Shown: positions 47,780-58,103 of the stretch, piece after piece | How the letters are laid out: each line of letters opens with the position of its first letter | Numbering within the stretch: the first letter of the stretch is position 1 | Assembly: GCA_038204425.1 (NCBI GenBank) | Contig: JBBRCZ010000007.1 | Coordinates: forward strand, 75,341 to 139,340 | Source of the DNA: Spirochaetia bacterium | GTDB taxonomy: Bacteria > Spirochaetota > Spirochaetia > DSM-27196 > Salinispiraceae | Length of the DNA: 64,000 nt | Reading direction: 5' to 3' | The notes under the pieces: generated by a model | Seen by the model: only the letters and a program-made list of their open reading frames with translations | The model's database searches: none | Told to the model about the DNA's origin: nothing | Made by a program: the position numbers and the translations under genes

Positions 47780-49291
47780 TTACTCCTTCTTTTCTTCTGC
47801 CAGTTTGAGCCAGGCAGCTTTGTAAGCGTGATAGTCTGGTAAGCTGGTCTTAGCGACCAGTTGAAAATCTATAGTTACTTGCGCCGAAAGCGTTTGCAAG
47901 CTTTCTCCGCTTAGTGCCATGCGGGCTGTCATGGCGGCACCAAAGGCACTTGCCTCGGCCAAGTCTGTCAAAAAGCAAGGGTTGTCTGGCAAGATGGAGG
48001 CCAAAACTCGATTGTAAGCGGCGTTGATTCTAAAACCACCCTCAGTAAAGACGCTGGCCCCGGGCATCAGCCCAAGCCGTTGTAGACTTACTTCTGTCTG
48101 AATAACCAAACTCAAGGTCAAAACCGCGCAGGCAGTTTCAAAGTCCTTAAAAAAATCAGGGAGGTGCTCTCCAGACTCAATTTGAGCCGGGTTATAGCTC
48201 GTGCCATCGGCCACAACCCGTGCCACAGATTGCGTAAACTGGCCTGAACCAGCAATCAACTCTGGCAGGACAAACTGAGTTCTGTCGCGCAATATGCGTT
48301 CAAAGACATCCTGCCTAAATTCCTTAAACTCAGCTTTTTTGCTATGTTGTTGAATTATCTTAAAGTAATAGCCAAACTCGTAGCCACCCAAAAATATCGC
48401 AATCTTGAGTGGCGTCATGAGTGCCGTCTGGTTAAAGAAGACCACTTTGCCGAGTTCTTCTTTGGCAAAAACAAAATCCTTGGCCGGATGCATGAGCACA
48501 CACCAGGTTCCGGTAGAATTGAGCACAAAGTCTTTGCCATCCTGCTTACTCAAGTAAGGCAAGAGGGCAGCACTTGAGTCGTGCATGCCCATGGTCACTA
48601 CCGTCTGAGGGTCGAGCCCCGTCGTGGCAGCTAGCTCAGCACTAATGCAAGCAAGCTTTTCCCAAGACTTTTGCAACCGACTTGCAAGCAGATGCCTGAT
48701 GCCGAGTTTGTCTACCAAGCTGGAATAATCGTTTTTGGCAAAGTCCCAAAGATAACTATGGTTGCCAACATAAGTCGCCTCAAGCCCCACCTGTCCGCTT
48801 AGCCTAAAGCCCCAATACTGGGGGTAGTTGAGCAGATATTTGGTCTTAGCAAACTGACTGGGAAAACGCTCTTGAGCAAACATTATTCCCTTGGCGGGAT
48901 TGATGAGTGACTTAAAAGAAGCACTGCCGGTCTGCGTTTGCAATTGTTCTGGACTTCCCATGGCTTGGTAAAATCTGTCGTGGAAGTCTCCACCTGGTTC
49001 ATGGGTGTAAAAGACACAAGGTACGCAAGGTTTTCCGTCTTGGCCTATACAAACAAAGCTTGCGCCATGGCTACTCACGGCCAAGGCTTTGATGGCGTGT
49101 TTTTGGCCCAAAGCGGCCAAAGATTCAATAAACCAAGCTTCCATGCCAGCCAAATCATGCAGCTCAAGACCCTCAAACAGCAAGGGTTCAAAACTGCGAT
49201 ATAGACTGTCAATTTGAACCAAGTCCTGATCGTAAACAGCGATTTTTTTGTTGGTCATGCCAATATCTATCACGGCGATTGCATAGCTCAT
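47780..49291 (-). CDS. FGGY-family carbohydrate kinase
   Basis: IDIGMTNKK, SSHGAS, GMHDSSA, NSTGTW, EGGF and EASAFGAA. Confidence 0.85.
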   Translation of the reverse strand: MSYAIAVIDIGMTNKKIAVYDQDLVQIDSLYRSFEPLLFEGLELHDLAGMEAWFIESLAALGQKHAIKALAVSSHGASFVCIGQDGKPCVPCVFYTHEPGGDFHDRFYQAMGSPEQLQTQTGSASFKSLINPAKGIMFAQERFPSQFAKTKYLLNYPQYWGFRLSGQVGLEATYVGNHSYLWDFAKNDYSSLVDKLGIRHLLASRLQKSWEKLACISAELAATTGLDPQTVVTMGMHDSSAALLPYLSKQDGKDFVLNSTGTWCVLMHPAKDFVFAKEELGKVVFFNQTALMTPLKIAIFLGGYEFGYYFKIIQQHSKKAEFKEFRQDVFERILRDRTQFVLPELIAGSGQFTQSVARVVADGTSYNPAQIESGEHLPDFFKDFETACAVLTLSLVIQTEVSLQRLGLMPGASVFTEGGFRINAAYNRVLASILPDNPCFLTDLAEASAFGAAMTARMALSGESLQTLSAQVTIDFQLVAKTSLPDYHAYKAAWLKLAEEKKE

Positions 49292-49316
49292 TGTGACAAG
49301 CTCCTTGATGTCGACA

Positions 49317-50552
49317 TTAGTGCAACATCACTTGCCCGCCCGTTACGGGCAGGGCTTGACCGGTTTCGTACTGTTGTTCGACCAGATAAAACAGAGCTCT
49401 CATGACATCTTGACCTGTGCAGCCGCGCTTCATTGGCACCTTATTTTCATAAAAAGTCTTTACGTCAGCAATAGTTAGCGCTCCTGGCACTTTGCCAGTC
49501 CGCAGATACTGCACAAAGAGTCCTTTTTCGGGGTCAGACCACAGTGGCCCATCAAAAAAGTTGCCGGGGCATATCGCGTTTACTTTGATCCCATACTGGA
49601 CTAGTTCTAGCGCAAAGCTTGCAACCAATCCAATGCCGCCAAACTTGCCACCAGCGTAAGCCCCGTTTTTGTTAGAACCTTCTAGACCGGACTTGGAGTT
49701 AATTTGCACGATGTCAGTCGTCCATTGTGGTGCCATACTGTTTTGGGCCTTTAAGAGTCGCCCAGCGTGCTTGCTGACTATAAAAAACCCGGTATAGTTT
49801 ACATCCGTTACAAACTTAAAGGCCGCCAAATCTTGCTCGAGCACGCTGCCCGCCTTAAGCACGCCAGCGTTACTGACGCACAGATCTAGCCCGCCAACAC
49901 TGCGCGCGATTTGGCCAAACATGGCCTCCACCGAAGCTTCGTCGGCGACATTTGAAGCAATGGCGATAGCTCTTGTACTGCCACTCGCTTTGTTGAGTTG
50001 GTTTGCAAGCTGATTTGCTTTGTCGAGGTTGAGGTCAGCGATGTAAACCAAACATGTTTGGGCTACCAAACCGCGTACGATTTCTTCGCCAAAACCTTGC
50101 GCTCCACCAGTTACTAGGGCGATGCGGTTTTTGAGCAAGCGGGCGGGCTGCGTGCTGTCGTCTAGGTGAGCGTCAAGCCTCCAAGCTTGTGCATCGCCTG
50201 ACTTTTGGCGCGCTATGGCTTGATCGTATTCTTCTGCAATCCAAAAAGCCAGGCTTATGGCCTTGCCCTTGATAAAGACACAGGATGGAATACTAATCTG
50301 TTGATTGTCTGGCTTCTGCGTCAGGCGCCAGTTTACTAAACCCTCTTTGAGCTTTTCCGATAAGATTGACAAAGTTTCTGTATCAAGATTTTCGCTGCTT
50401 AGTTGGTAGTCAACTTCAATCTGCAAGGCATGTTTGGGTGCCGTCGCGAGAGTTTCCGCAACAACAAGCAAAGGAACCGAGGCAACATCCAAAATGAGCC
50501 CGCGCACACGCGGACAGAGAATTTCTAAAAGGGCATTTTCCTCGCGACTCAT
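49317..50552 (-). CDS. SDR, sorbitol-6-phosphate dehydrogenase (SrlD)-like, with ~135-aa N-terminal extension
   Basis: VTGGAQGFG, QINSKSGLEGSNKNGAYAGGKFGGIGL, VPMKRGC and TGQALPVTGGQVM. Confidence 0.85.
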   Translation of the reverse strand: MSREENALLEILCPRVRGLILDVASVPLLVVAETLATAPKHALQIEVDYQLSSENLDTETLSILSEKLKEGLVNWRLTQKPDNQQISIPSCVFIKGKAISLAFWIAEEYDQAIARQKSGDAQAWRLDAHLDDSTQPARLLKNRIALVTGGAQGFGEEIVRGLVAQTCLVYIADLNLDKANQLANQLNKASGSTRAIAIASNVADEASVEAMFGQIARSVGGLDLCVSNAGVLKAGSVLEQDLAAFKFVTDVNYTGFFIVSKHAGRLLKAQNSMAPQWTTDIVQINSKSGLEGSNKNGAYAGGKFGGIGLVASFALELVQYGIKVNAICPGNFFDGPLWSDPEKGLFVQYLRTGKVPGALTIADVKTFYENKVPMKRGCTGQDVMRALFYLVEQQYETGQALPVTGGQVMLH

Positions 50553-51916
50553 TCTTGTTTCTCCTTGAGTATACGGTCAGCAATGGTTCTGGCAGATTTT
50601 TGTACCGCCTGGACATCGAGTTCTTGACCAAACTCGGCATAGCGAGACAAACGCTGACTAAGCGATAGACGCGCCAGCGGGTTATCGTGGGCAAACAATG
50701 CAAGCTGAGCGTCGGCACTGGCCAGCTTTTCGTGGGCAATCAAGGCCCAAGTTGTAGCGATCAAGTGCTTAAACTCGTCTTGCAAAACTTCTGGACAGTT
50801 GAAGGACTGGCGCGAACTATTGATGTCCACCCCAGAAATCTCCATCAGTCCGTGCTTTTCGCAAAGACGCCTAATGCGCAGCAGTTGTTCCACCGTATTG
50901 CGTGGCGGCATGTAGGTCACGGCCTGGTAACCAACTTTTACTAAGGTTTCAAATAGCTGGTCAAGAAAATCGTCTTCAAACTTTTCGGCTTTTTTGTCGC
51001 CGGTTGGCGACTCGCCCACATCACCAAGATAAGCGTAAGCAGGTATAGCTGACAGCGAGCGAGCAAAAGCAACCACTTGAGCTACCGGCAAACATTCGTC
51101 CTGAGCGGGTTGGATAAAGACTCGTTCCAAATAACCCGCTTTTAAGAGCCCAATCAGATCGTATTGATAGTGAGCATTGGTGGTGTCGGCGAGCAGACTC
51201 TGCAGTTTTGCGCTCACCTCAACGCCAAGCTTGGCTAGTGCCTCAAAGATAGCCTTGCCTGGCTTAAAGTTGCGCATCAAGAGTAAGGCTAAGGCCGAAC
51301 ATAAGTGGCGCTCGGTTATGCTGCCGCCTTGCTTGGACATGGACAGTGGCACCACATCTCGCTCAAAGTCCAGGCTTTGTAGTCCAAGGCCCGATGCAGA
51401 GAGCGTTTGGTTGATACGCTCGAGAATAGCTTGACTGCGGCGATTGCGCACCAGGTTCAGCGGTGCCAAAAACGCTTTGACCAAGGCAACTGACTGTGCA
51501 GGCACGCCTTGGATGGTCATGTAGGCGATGCCAGTTGAGTCTGGGTTGTTTATTTTTTTGCTGGCTATAAAAGAATCAGCTTCTTCAAAGTCAACCCTAA
51601 GCTCAAAGCCACAGGTGCTTGCGATGCCAATAATCTGACAAGCTTCCAACATTTCACGGGCAGCACCAATCGAATCGTGGTCAATGCTTCCGGCTGCCAT
51701 GAGGCCAGCCTCTCGGGCTTTAAGGGCCGCCATGGCCGGGGTGTAAGGGCTAAAACTGTAGACGCTATGGATATGGTTGTTGACCTCTTGCTTGAGCGCA
51801 GGCCACAAGGGCCCGCCTTGCACAAGCAGGCTCAGGGCCTGCAAGCGCTCAGCAGAGCTTACGCTTGGATCATTAACTTTGTCGCGCAGCAAGTCCATAG
51901 ACTTAGAACTGTCCAT
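50549..51916 (-). CDS. PHP-domain metallophosphoesterase-like protein
   Basis: NNHIHSVYS, DHDS and GFE motifs; C-terminal SGVDINS in place of the usual GSDxH. Confidence 0.8.
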   Translation of the reverse strand: MDSSKSMDLLRDKVNDPSVSSAERLQALSLLVQGGPLWPALKQEVNNHIHSVYSFSPYTPAMAALKAREAGLMAAGSIDHDSIGAAREMLEACQIIGIASTCGFELRVDFEEADSFIASKKINNPDSTGIAYMTIQGVPAQSVALVKAFLAPLNLVRNRRSQAILERINQTLSASGLGLQSLDFERDVVPLSMSKQGGSITERHLCSALALLLMRNFKPGKAIFEALAKLGVEVSAKLQSLLADTTNAHYQYDLIGLLKAGYLERVFIQPAQDECLPVAQVVAFARSLSAIPAYAYLGDVGESPTGDKKAEKFEDDFLDQLFETLVKVGYQAVTYMPPRNTVEQLLRIRRLCEKHGLMEISGVDINSSRQSFNCPEVLQDEFKHLIATTWALIAHEKLASADAQLALFAHDNPLARLSLSQRLSRYAEFGQELDVQAVQKSARTIADRILKEKQE

Positions 51917-51960
51917 AGTTGTTTAGACTCCCAAACGGTTGCGGCGCAGCAAGTCCATAG
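51884..51960. repeat. 17-bp direct repeat, 60 bp apart, across the E1/PHP junction
   Basis: GCGCAGCAAGTCCATAG at 51884-51900 and 51944-51960. Confidence 0.85.
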
Positions 51961-54379
51961 CTGTTTGTACCGTCTTTGGAGAGTGGCCTTTAAGTGGCAG
52001 GAGACGCTCGTGGATGGTGTCCACAATCCAGTCTATTTGAGGAAAGTAGTATTCTTCCATTTCTGCTGCCGGGGTTATCCAGTTTCGGCTGCCAACCACT
52101 GCTACCGGTGCATCCAAGTGATTGAATGCCAAGGTTTGCACATTAGAAGCTACCGTGTGTAGAAATGAGCCCCGTTCTGCAGCGTCACTTGCCAAGACGA
52201 GCTTGCCGGTCTTTTTGACGGAGTCGACGATTTTTTCGTAGTTGAGAGGATTGATATAGCGAAGGTCGATAACCTCAACCGAGAGGCCGTACTGGGTCTC
52301 AAGAATCTTTGCGGCCTCAAGAGCACGATACAAAGTGGCTCCAAGAGTTGCAATCGTTAGATCCGTACCTTGTTTTCTAACAGCTGGTTCACCTTCGGGT
52401 GTTTCGTAGTAGCCTTCTGGCACGCCGCCTTTTTCAAACTGTTCGCCAATGTCGTACAAAAGTTGACTTTCAAAGAAGATGACCGGATCCGTGCCTGCTA
52501 AAGCTTGATTGAGCATGCCTTTGGCATCGTAAGGAGTGGCCGGAAACATAGCTTTAAGACCTGGAATGTGAGCAGCCAAGGCGGCCCAATCTTGCGAGTG
52601 TTGAGCACCGTACTTGTTGCCAACCGAAACGCGCACCACCAATGGCATTTTGAGAAGTCCCGCAGACATAGCCTGCCACTTAGATACTTGGTTAAAGATT
52701 TCGTCACCGGCGCGTCCCATAAAGTCACAGTACATAAGTTCTACTACCGCGCGACCGCCAGAAAGAGCGTAGCCAACGCCGGCGCCTACGATGGCACCTT
52801 CGCTAATGGGACTATTAAACAGACGATTGTAAGGCAAAAGCTCAGTTAAACCACGGTAGACGGCAAAGGCCCCACCCCAGTCGCGATTCTCTTCGCCCCA
52901 GGCGGCCATGCTTGGGTCTGTTACAAAACGGTGCGCCATGGCTTCAAAAAGTCCGTCACGATACTGGTAGAGCTTGTTTTTTCCAATTGGTTTGCCTTCG
53001 GCATCAAACGCATAGCGACTCTTGCCAGCTAAAGCCACAACACGGGCATTTTCGGCCAAAGGTTGCAGCAGTTCTGGCTTAGCATCACCGTGCTTTTCTA
53101 CCTTGCCACGGGAGAACATTACCGACTCAATAAAGGCTCCATTGACGCGCAAGCTAATGCTATCGTCGGTAGCGAGTTTGACAATGTTGGTCAGTTTTTG
53201 GACCACGCCTGCGCGTTTGGTATCAAGCTCTGAGGTGCTGATAACGCCGTTTTGGACCAAGTAGGCGCCATATGACTCGATCGGGTCTGCGTCTTGCCAC
53301 AATTTGATCTCTTCACTGGTGCGGTACGACGAGGCATCAGATGGCGAGTGACCAGAGATACGGTAGGTCAAAGTGTCCATCAATACAGGGCCCTTGCCTG
53401 CCAGCAATAGTTCTTTTTTGCGCACAATAGCATCGGCAACTGCCAAAGGATTGTAGCCGTCAACGCGCTCTGAGTGCATATTGTCGGGATTAACGCCGGC
53501 ACCCACTCGAGCCAAAATTTTGTAGCCCATGGTCTCGCCGTGGGTTTGACCGCCCATGCCATAAAAGTTGTTAAAGAAGTTGAACAACATGGGTGGTGCA
53601 CCACCTAAGTCCTTGGGCCACAGGTCGCGGTACTGGTCCATCGAGGCAAGCATCATAGCTTCCCAGACTGGACCACAACCCATCGAAGCATCGCCGATGT
53701 TAGCAATTACTATACCTGGCTTGCGATTGATACGCTTGTAGAGGGCAGAACCAGTAGCGATATCAGCCGAACCGCCAACTATAGCGTTGTTAGGCATAGA
53801 ACCAAAGGGAGTAAAGAAGGCATGCATAGAACCGCCCAAACCGCGGTTTACACCAGCTCGGCGGGCAAAGATTTCGGCCAAGGTTCCGTACAAAACAAAG
53901 TTTTCGGCCAGGTCCTTTACACCTTTGTAGGCAGCCTTTTCGGCTATTGCCAAGGTTTCGCCATCCAAAAAGTCCTTCATTATGACGTTTAGTTGCTTGT
54001 CATCGAGCTTGGCAATAGCCGAGTAACACTTTGCAAGAATTTCACCATGGCTACGGTGGCTACCAAAAATGTAGTCGTCAGTGTTGAGGTTGAGACATTG
54101 TCCTACGGCCGAGGCTTCCTGACCTATCGACAAGTGGGCTGGTCCCTTGTGATTGTACTCGATGCCATTCCAAGCACCTTGGGTCTTGATGGTGTTGAGC
54201 ATGGTTTCAAATTCTCTAATAGTGACCATGTCATACCAAATTTTAATCAGCCCATCTTTGCCATAGCGTTCAAGTTCTTTTTTAAAATCGCTTTGGTACT
54301 GGTTTACGGGAATATCCTTGATCTTAATAACCTGACTCTTACGAACTTCTTTTGGATCAATCACTAGTGCCTTGGGCAT
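51923..54379 (-). CDS. Fused E1 alpha/beta TPP-dependent dehydrogenase (2-oxoacid/acetoin dehydrogenase family)
   Basis: HLSIGQE, SHRSHG, GGSMH, GDA..NN (TPP binding), YRISGHS; beta part [18 protein letters not shown]. Confidence 0.92.
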   Translation of the reverse strand: MPKALVIDPKEVRKSQVIKIKDIPVNQYQSDFKKELERYGKDGLIKIWYDMVTIREFETMLNTIKTQGAWNGIEYNHKGPAHLSIGQEASAVGQCLNLNTDDYIFGSHRSHGEILAKCYSAIAKLDDKQLNVIMKDFLDGETLAIAEKAAYKGVKDLAENFVLYGTLAEIFARRAGVNRGLGGSMHAFFTPFGSMPNNAIVGGSADIATGSALYKRINRKPGIVIANIGDASMGCGPVWEAMMLASMDQYRDLWPKDLGGAPPMLFNFFNNFYGMGGQTHGETMGYKILARVGAGVNPDNMHSERVDGYNPLAVADAIVRKKELLLAGKGPVLMDTLTYRISGHSPSDASSYRTSEEIKLWQDADPIESYGAYLVQNGVISTSELDTKRAGVVQKLTNIVKLATDDSISLRVNGAFIESVMFSRGKVEKHGDAKPELLQPLAENARVVALAGKSRYAFDAEGKPIGKNKLYQYRDGLFEAMAHRFVTDPSMAAWGEENRDWGGAFAVYRGLTELLPYNRLFNSPISEGAIVGAGVGYALSGGRAVVELMYCDFMGRAGDEIFNQVSKWQAMSAGLLKMPLVVRVSVGNKYGAQHSQDWAALAAHIPGLKAMFPATPYDAKGMLNQALAGTDPVIFFESQLLYDIGEQFEKGGVPEGYYETPEGEPAVRKQGTDLTIATLGATLYRALEAAKILETQYGLSVEVIDLRYINPLNYEKIVDSVKKTGKLVLASDAAERGSFLHTVASNVQTLAFNHLDAPVAVVGSRNWITPAAEMEEYYFPQIDWIVDTIHERLLPLKGHSPKTVQTAMDLLRRNRLGV

Positions 54380-54406
54380 TTTTTTTCTCCTGTATAATTG
54401 TGCGGC

Positions 54407-55792
54407 TTAAATCAGCCAGCTTGCTTCTCTAATTACTTCACCAACGGTTGGGTGTGGAAAAACCAACTGCTTTACGTCGCTGATGCACATTTCTTGTTCT
54501 ATTAAAGCTGCGCCGCCCCAGATAAACTCTGAGGAATAGGCGCCAACGGCGTGCACGCCCAAGACACGACCACTTACTGCGTCACTAATGATCTTAACTG
54601 CTCCAGGGCCGGAGAAGGTGTTTTCGGCCACAAAACGACCCGACACCTTGAGTGGCAGTGATCCTTTTTTGATGGCTATGCCGCGAGATGCTGCTTCTTG
54701 CTCGGTCATACCAACACCAGCGGCCTCGGGGATGCTGTAGACTGCCCATGGAATTGCGTCAAAACGCATGAGGTCCTTGCTCAAGGCCTTACCGTCAAGT
54801 TTGGCCACCATGTCCGAAACTGCCACCTCAGCCATTCGATAGGCCGAGTGAGCTAGCTGGCTCTTGCCGGTAATGTCACCGGCCGCCCAAATGCCTGGCA
54901 AATTGGTGCGCATGCGCTCGTCTACATTGACACCTTTGGGGCTGGTGTCTAGGCCAATTTCTTGGGCACCCCAACCTTGCAAATTGGGTCGGCGACCAAC
55001 CGCCATCAGCACCAAGTCTGCTTCTACTTTTTCGGCAAGGCCAGCCTTAGTTGTGTAGTGTACGGTTGCGCCTTCTAACTTTTCTACCTTGCAACCAAGC
55101 TTAAACTCAACGCCGCTCAGGGCTTTGCGCAAGAGTGGTGCTTGATCTTTGTCCATAAAGGGCACGATTTCGTCCATCATTTCTACGACTGCCACTTTGC
55201 TACCGAGGGCGGCAAAAAGGCTGGCAAACTCGACACCAATCACCCCGCCGCCGATGACGGTTAGGCGTTTGGGCACGGCACTTATTGCCAGCAGTCCCGT
55301 GGAATCAACAACTGATTTATTGTCTTTGCTACCCAAAATCGGTGGCATGGCAGGCGATGAGCCTGTGCAGATCAAAATTGCTTTGGTACCGTATTCCCCT
55401 GAAGCTGCACTGTCAGTTGCACTTACTTGTACTTTGCCAGGCGCAAGAATACTGGCAGTACCGGCAATTACCTCAACGCCAAAGCGCTTCATTTGGCCGG
55501 CAATACCGGCCCGCAACTTAGTAACTACTTCGTCTTTCCATGCCATCATAACTTTAAAGTCATAGCTCAGGCCTTCTATTTTTATGCCAAAGTGGGCGCC
55601 TTCTTTGGCATGCAGATAGTGCTTGGCCGAGTTGAGAAGCGTCTTAGTGGGAATACAACCCCAGTTTAGACAGGTTCCACCCAGATATTCTTTTTCTACC
55701 AGCAGCACTTTTTTGCCCTCATGTCCGAGGCGCTCTGCTGCCAAGTAACCGGCGGGCCCACCACCGATAATGATTACGTCGTATTCTTTCAT
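54407..55792 (-). CDS. lpdA: Dihydrolipoamide dehydrogenase (E3)
   Basis: GGGPAG, GGTCLNWGCIPTK, GGGVIG and HPTVGE. Confidence 0.95.
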   Translation of the reverse strand: MKEYDVIIIGGGPAGYLAAERLGHEGKKVLLVEKEYLGGTCLNWGCIPTKTLLNSAKHYLHAKEGAHFGIKIEGLSYDFKVMMAWKDEVVTKLRAGIAGQMKRFGVEVIAGTASILAPGKVQVSATDSAASGEYGTKAILICTGSSPAMPPILGSKDNKSVVDSTGLLAISAVPKRLTVIGGGVIGVEFASLFAALGSKVAVVEMMDEIVPFMDKDQAPLLRKALSGVEFKLGCKVEKLEGATVHYTTKAGLAEKVEADLVLMAVGRRPNLQGWGAQEIGLDTSPKGVNVDERMRTNLPGIWAAGDITGKSQLAHSAYRMAEVAVSDMVAKLDGKALSKDLMRFDAIPWAVYSIPEAAGVGMTEQEAASRGIAIKKGSLPLKVSGRFVAENTFSGPGAVKIISDAVSGRVLGVHAVGAYSSEFIWGGAALIEQEMCISDVKQLVFPHPTVGEVIREASWLI

Positions 55793-55794
55793 CG

Positions 55795-57225
55795 CTATTT
55801 TACCATCCATACATCAAGATCAGCCACCACGTCGCACAGTGCTTTGAGAAATCGAGCGGCTGGAGCACCATCAACTACCTGATGGTCTATGGTCATACTA
55901 AAGCCAATATGGGGAACAAAACTGACCCCACCATTTTTATTTTGGGCATCAAAAACTGGTTTGGGCTGTATGCCACAAACACCCAAAATTGCAACTTCTG
56001 GTGCATTGAGAACAGGTGTAAAGCTCTCAATACCCAAACTTCCGAGGTTGGTAATCGTAAAGCTGGAACCAGACAAGGCCTCTGCCTTGATGCTTCCAGC
56101 TTGGCACGCAGCTGCCAATCGTTTTGCTTCAGCTGAAAGCGCGCCCAAACTCAGCGTTTCTGCGTTGCGAATCACGGGTACCATAAGTCCCCGTGGCGTA
56201 TCCACGGCCAAACCCAAGTGCACTGATTCGTAGGTCCGGACGGTGTCGCCAAGCTTGTGGGCGTTCATAAAAGGAAATTCTTTAAGCAAGCGCGAGACAG
56301 CAAAGAGCACTAGGTCGTTAATCGTCACCTTAGTCAGGCCAAGGTTTTCGGCCGAGGCCTTAAAGCGCGCTCGCAGCTCCTGTAGCCTTAAGGCCGAAGC
56401 GCTGCTGTTGAGGGTAAACTGTGCACTATTGGCCAAGGACTGTGCCATGCGTTCGGCAATAACCTTGCGGATACCCTTAAGCTGGACATCGGTATAAACA
56501 CCCAAGGCCGCGCTTGCAGAAGCTGCTACACCTTGTGCGCGTGGGCTTGCTGTGCCTGCGCTAAGTTGTGGCGCATTGGCAAGGTCGGAAGCAGTTATAC
56601 GCCCACCAATTCCGCTGCCATACTCGGGCAGCACCACCTGAGCGCCTGAGGCCAGTGCCGCCTTAGCAGCCGCAGTTAGCGGTGGTCTGCCTTCCAAAGC
56701 GGCCTTAACATCACGTTCTATAACTCGCCCCTCTGGTCCAGTTCCGCCAAGCAAGCTGGTATCAAGTGCGTTTTGAGCAGCAAGGTTGCGCGCTCGAGGC
56801 GAAATGCCACTTTCTTTGTCTATAGCACTACCTGTGGTATTGTCTATAGCACTACCTGTGGTATTTTCTGTAGCATTAACGCTGGGCTTGATAGCCAAAC
56901 CAGTAGTTTGAGCTATGGTTGCTGGGGCAGTCGCTGTTTCAGAAGCCGTGCCTGGGGCAGTCCCAATGGCTGCCGACCAATCTTCGCCAGCGTTGCCAAT
57001 AACGGCAATCGGCTGCAGAACCGGCACATCGGCACCGGCTGCATGCAGAATTTTTAGCATGATACCGGCTGCCGGCGCAGTCACTTCAAAACTTGCTTTA
57101 TCAGTTTCAACTTCACAAACAACCGCATCGGCGGCCACAGTATCGCCTTCTTTGACCTTCCAGCCAATGATTACGCAGGACTCAACCGTGTTACCCTGTC
57201 GGGGCATGTTTAAAACATGTGCCAC
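55795..57225 (-). CDS. Dihydrolipoamide acyltransferase (E2)
   Basis: Lipoyl site ETDKA; two E3-binding-like segments (GTGPEGRV, GSGIGGRI); TITNLG; catalytic DHQVVDG. Confidence 0.93.
   Translation of the reverse strand: MAHVLNMPRQGNTVESCVIIGWKVKEGDTVAADAVVCEVETDKASFEVTAPAAGIMLKILHAAGADVPVLQPIAVIGNAGEDWSAAIGTAPGTASETATAPATIAQTTGLAIKPSVNATENTTGSAIDNTTGSAIDKESGISPRARNLAAQNALDTSLLGGTGPEGRVIERDVKAALEGRPPLTAAAKAALASGAQVVLPEYGSGIGGRITASDLANAPQLSAGTASPRAQGVAASASAALGVYTDVQLKGIRKVIAERMAQSLANSAQFTLNSSASALRLQELRARFKASAENLGLTKVTINDLVLFAVSRLLKEFPFMNAHKLGDTVRTYESVHLGLAVDTPRGLMVPVIRNAETLSLGALSAEAKRLAAACQAGSIKAEALSGSSFTITNLGSLGIESFTPVLNAPEVAILGVCGIQPKPVFDAQNKNGGVSFVPHIGFSMTIDHQVVDGAPAARFLKALCDVVADLDVWMVK
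56816..56865. repeat. 24-bp tandem duplication in the E2 linker
   Basis: TTGTCTATAGCACTACCTGTGGTA twice, encoding NTTGSAID twice. Confidence 0.9.
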
Positions 57226-57253
57226 AAATCACCTCCCTACAAAAAATAGAATC

Positions 57254-58009
57254 CTAGACAAGTCGGAATCGCACCCCTGCCGACTCCAGTTCGGCCGCAC
57301 TCTGGGCCGAAAGTTTGTTATCAGTAATAATTAGACTCAAATCTTCTAAGGGCAAAATAGACGCAAAGCCAATCTTGCCGTACTTGCTCGAGTCGGCCAC
57401 CAAGATGGTTTGTTGAGCGTGGGCGTGCATAGCGCGAATAATTTCAGAGCCCTCCATCAAGTGAGTAGTGATGCCGCGAGCCAAGGAGAAGCCATCGGTT
57501 CCTACAAACGCAAACTTAACTTGCAAGCGCGCAATGCTATCGATTGCCATACTACCTGCAAAGGACTCGGTGCTACGGCTAAACTCGCCGCCAATCATAC
57601 TCAACCTAAGCGCGGGGTTGAGTCGGGCATGAGAAAAGGCCAAGTTGGAATTGCTCACCACGTGGACGTCGCGCTTGCCCGACAGAAACTTAGCAATCAA
57701 TGCAGTTGTGGTTCCTGCTTCTATCATAATCACGTCGCCGTCGCTAACCATTTCTGCCGCTGCCCTGGCAATCTGGGTTTTTTGTTCTGAGAAAACGTTC
57801 TGTCGTTCTAAAATATTGCGGTTTATGGCACCCTCAGCCCCACCGCGCGTTCGGTTAAGCAGCCCTCTTTCGGCCAAGGACTTGAGATCCGATCTGATGG
57901 TAACTTCTGACAGACCAAGGTCTTGTGCAAGCGTGACGACCGACAGCGAGCCATGCTCAGCTAACTTGCTGAGGATAGTTCTGTCCCTTTCGTTTAAACT
58001 ATCAAACAT
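57254..58009 (-). CDS. DeoR/GlpR-family transcriptional regulator
   Basis: HTH LSEVTIRSDL..RTRGGA; EAGTT; VADSSK. Confidence 0.93.
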   Translation of the reverse strand: MFDSLNERDRTILSKLAEHGSLSVVTLAQDLGLSEVTIRSDLKSLAERGLLNRTRGGAEGAINRNILERQNVFSEQKTQIARAAAEMVSDGDVIMIEAGTTTALIAKFLSGKRDVHVVSNSNLAFSHARLNPALRLSMIGGEFSRSTESFAGSMAIDSIARLQVKFAFVGTDGFSLARGITTHLMEGSEIIRAMHAHAQQTILVADSSKYGKIGFASILPLEDLSLIITDNKLSAQSAAELESAGVRFRLV

Positions 58010-58077
58010 TTTCGTTATGCTTTCGGAACGCTTTCGATACCACAAGTCACTATAACAATCAGCTCAGACTTTTACAA
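58010..58077 (-). promoter_or_regulatory. Promoter plus candidate DeoR operator
   Basis: TTGTAA-17 bp-(TGn)TATAGT (58077-58049); three CGAAA boxes at 11-bp spacing (58010, 58021, 58032). Confidence 0.6.
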
Positions 58078-58103
58078 GTATCATAGGGAGACTCTTTGCT
58101 AAT

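Noticed and set aside
46845..47825. 326-aa plus-strand ORF
   Set aside because: Antisense shadow of the SorE-like gene; no recognisable motifs.
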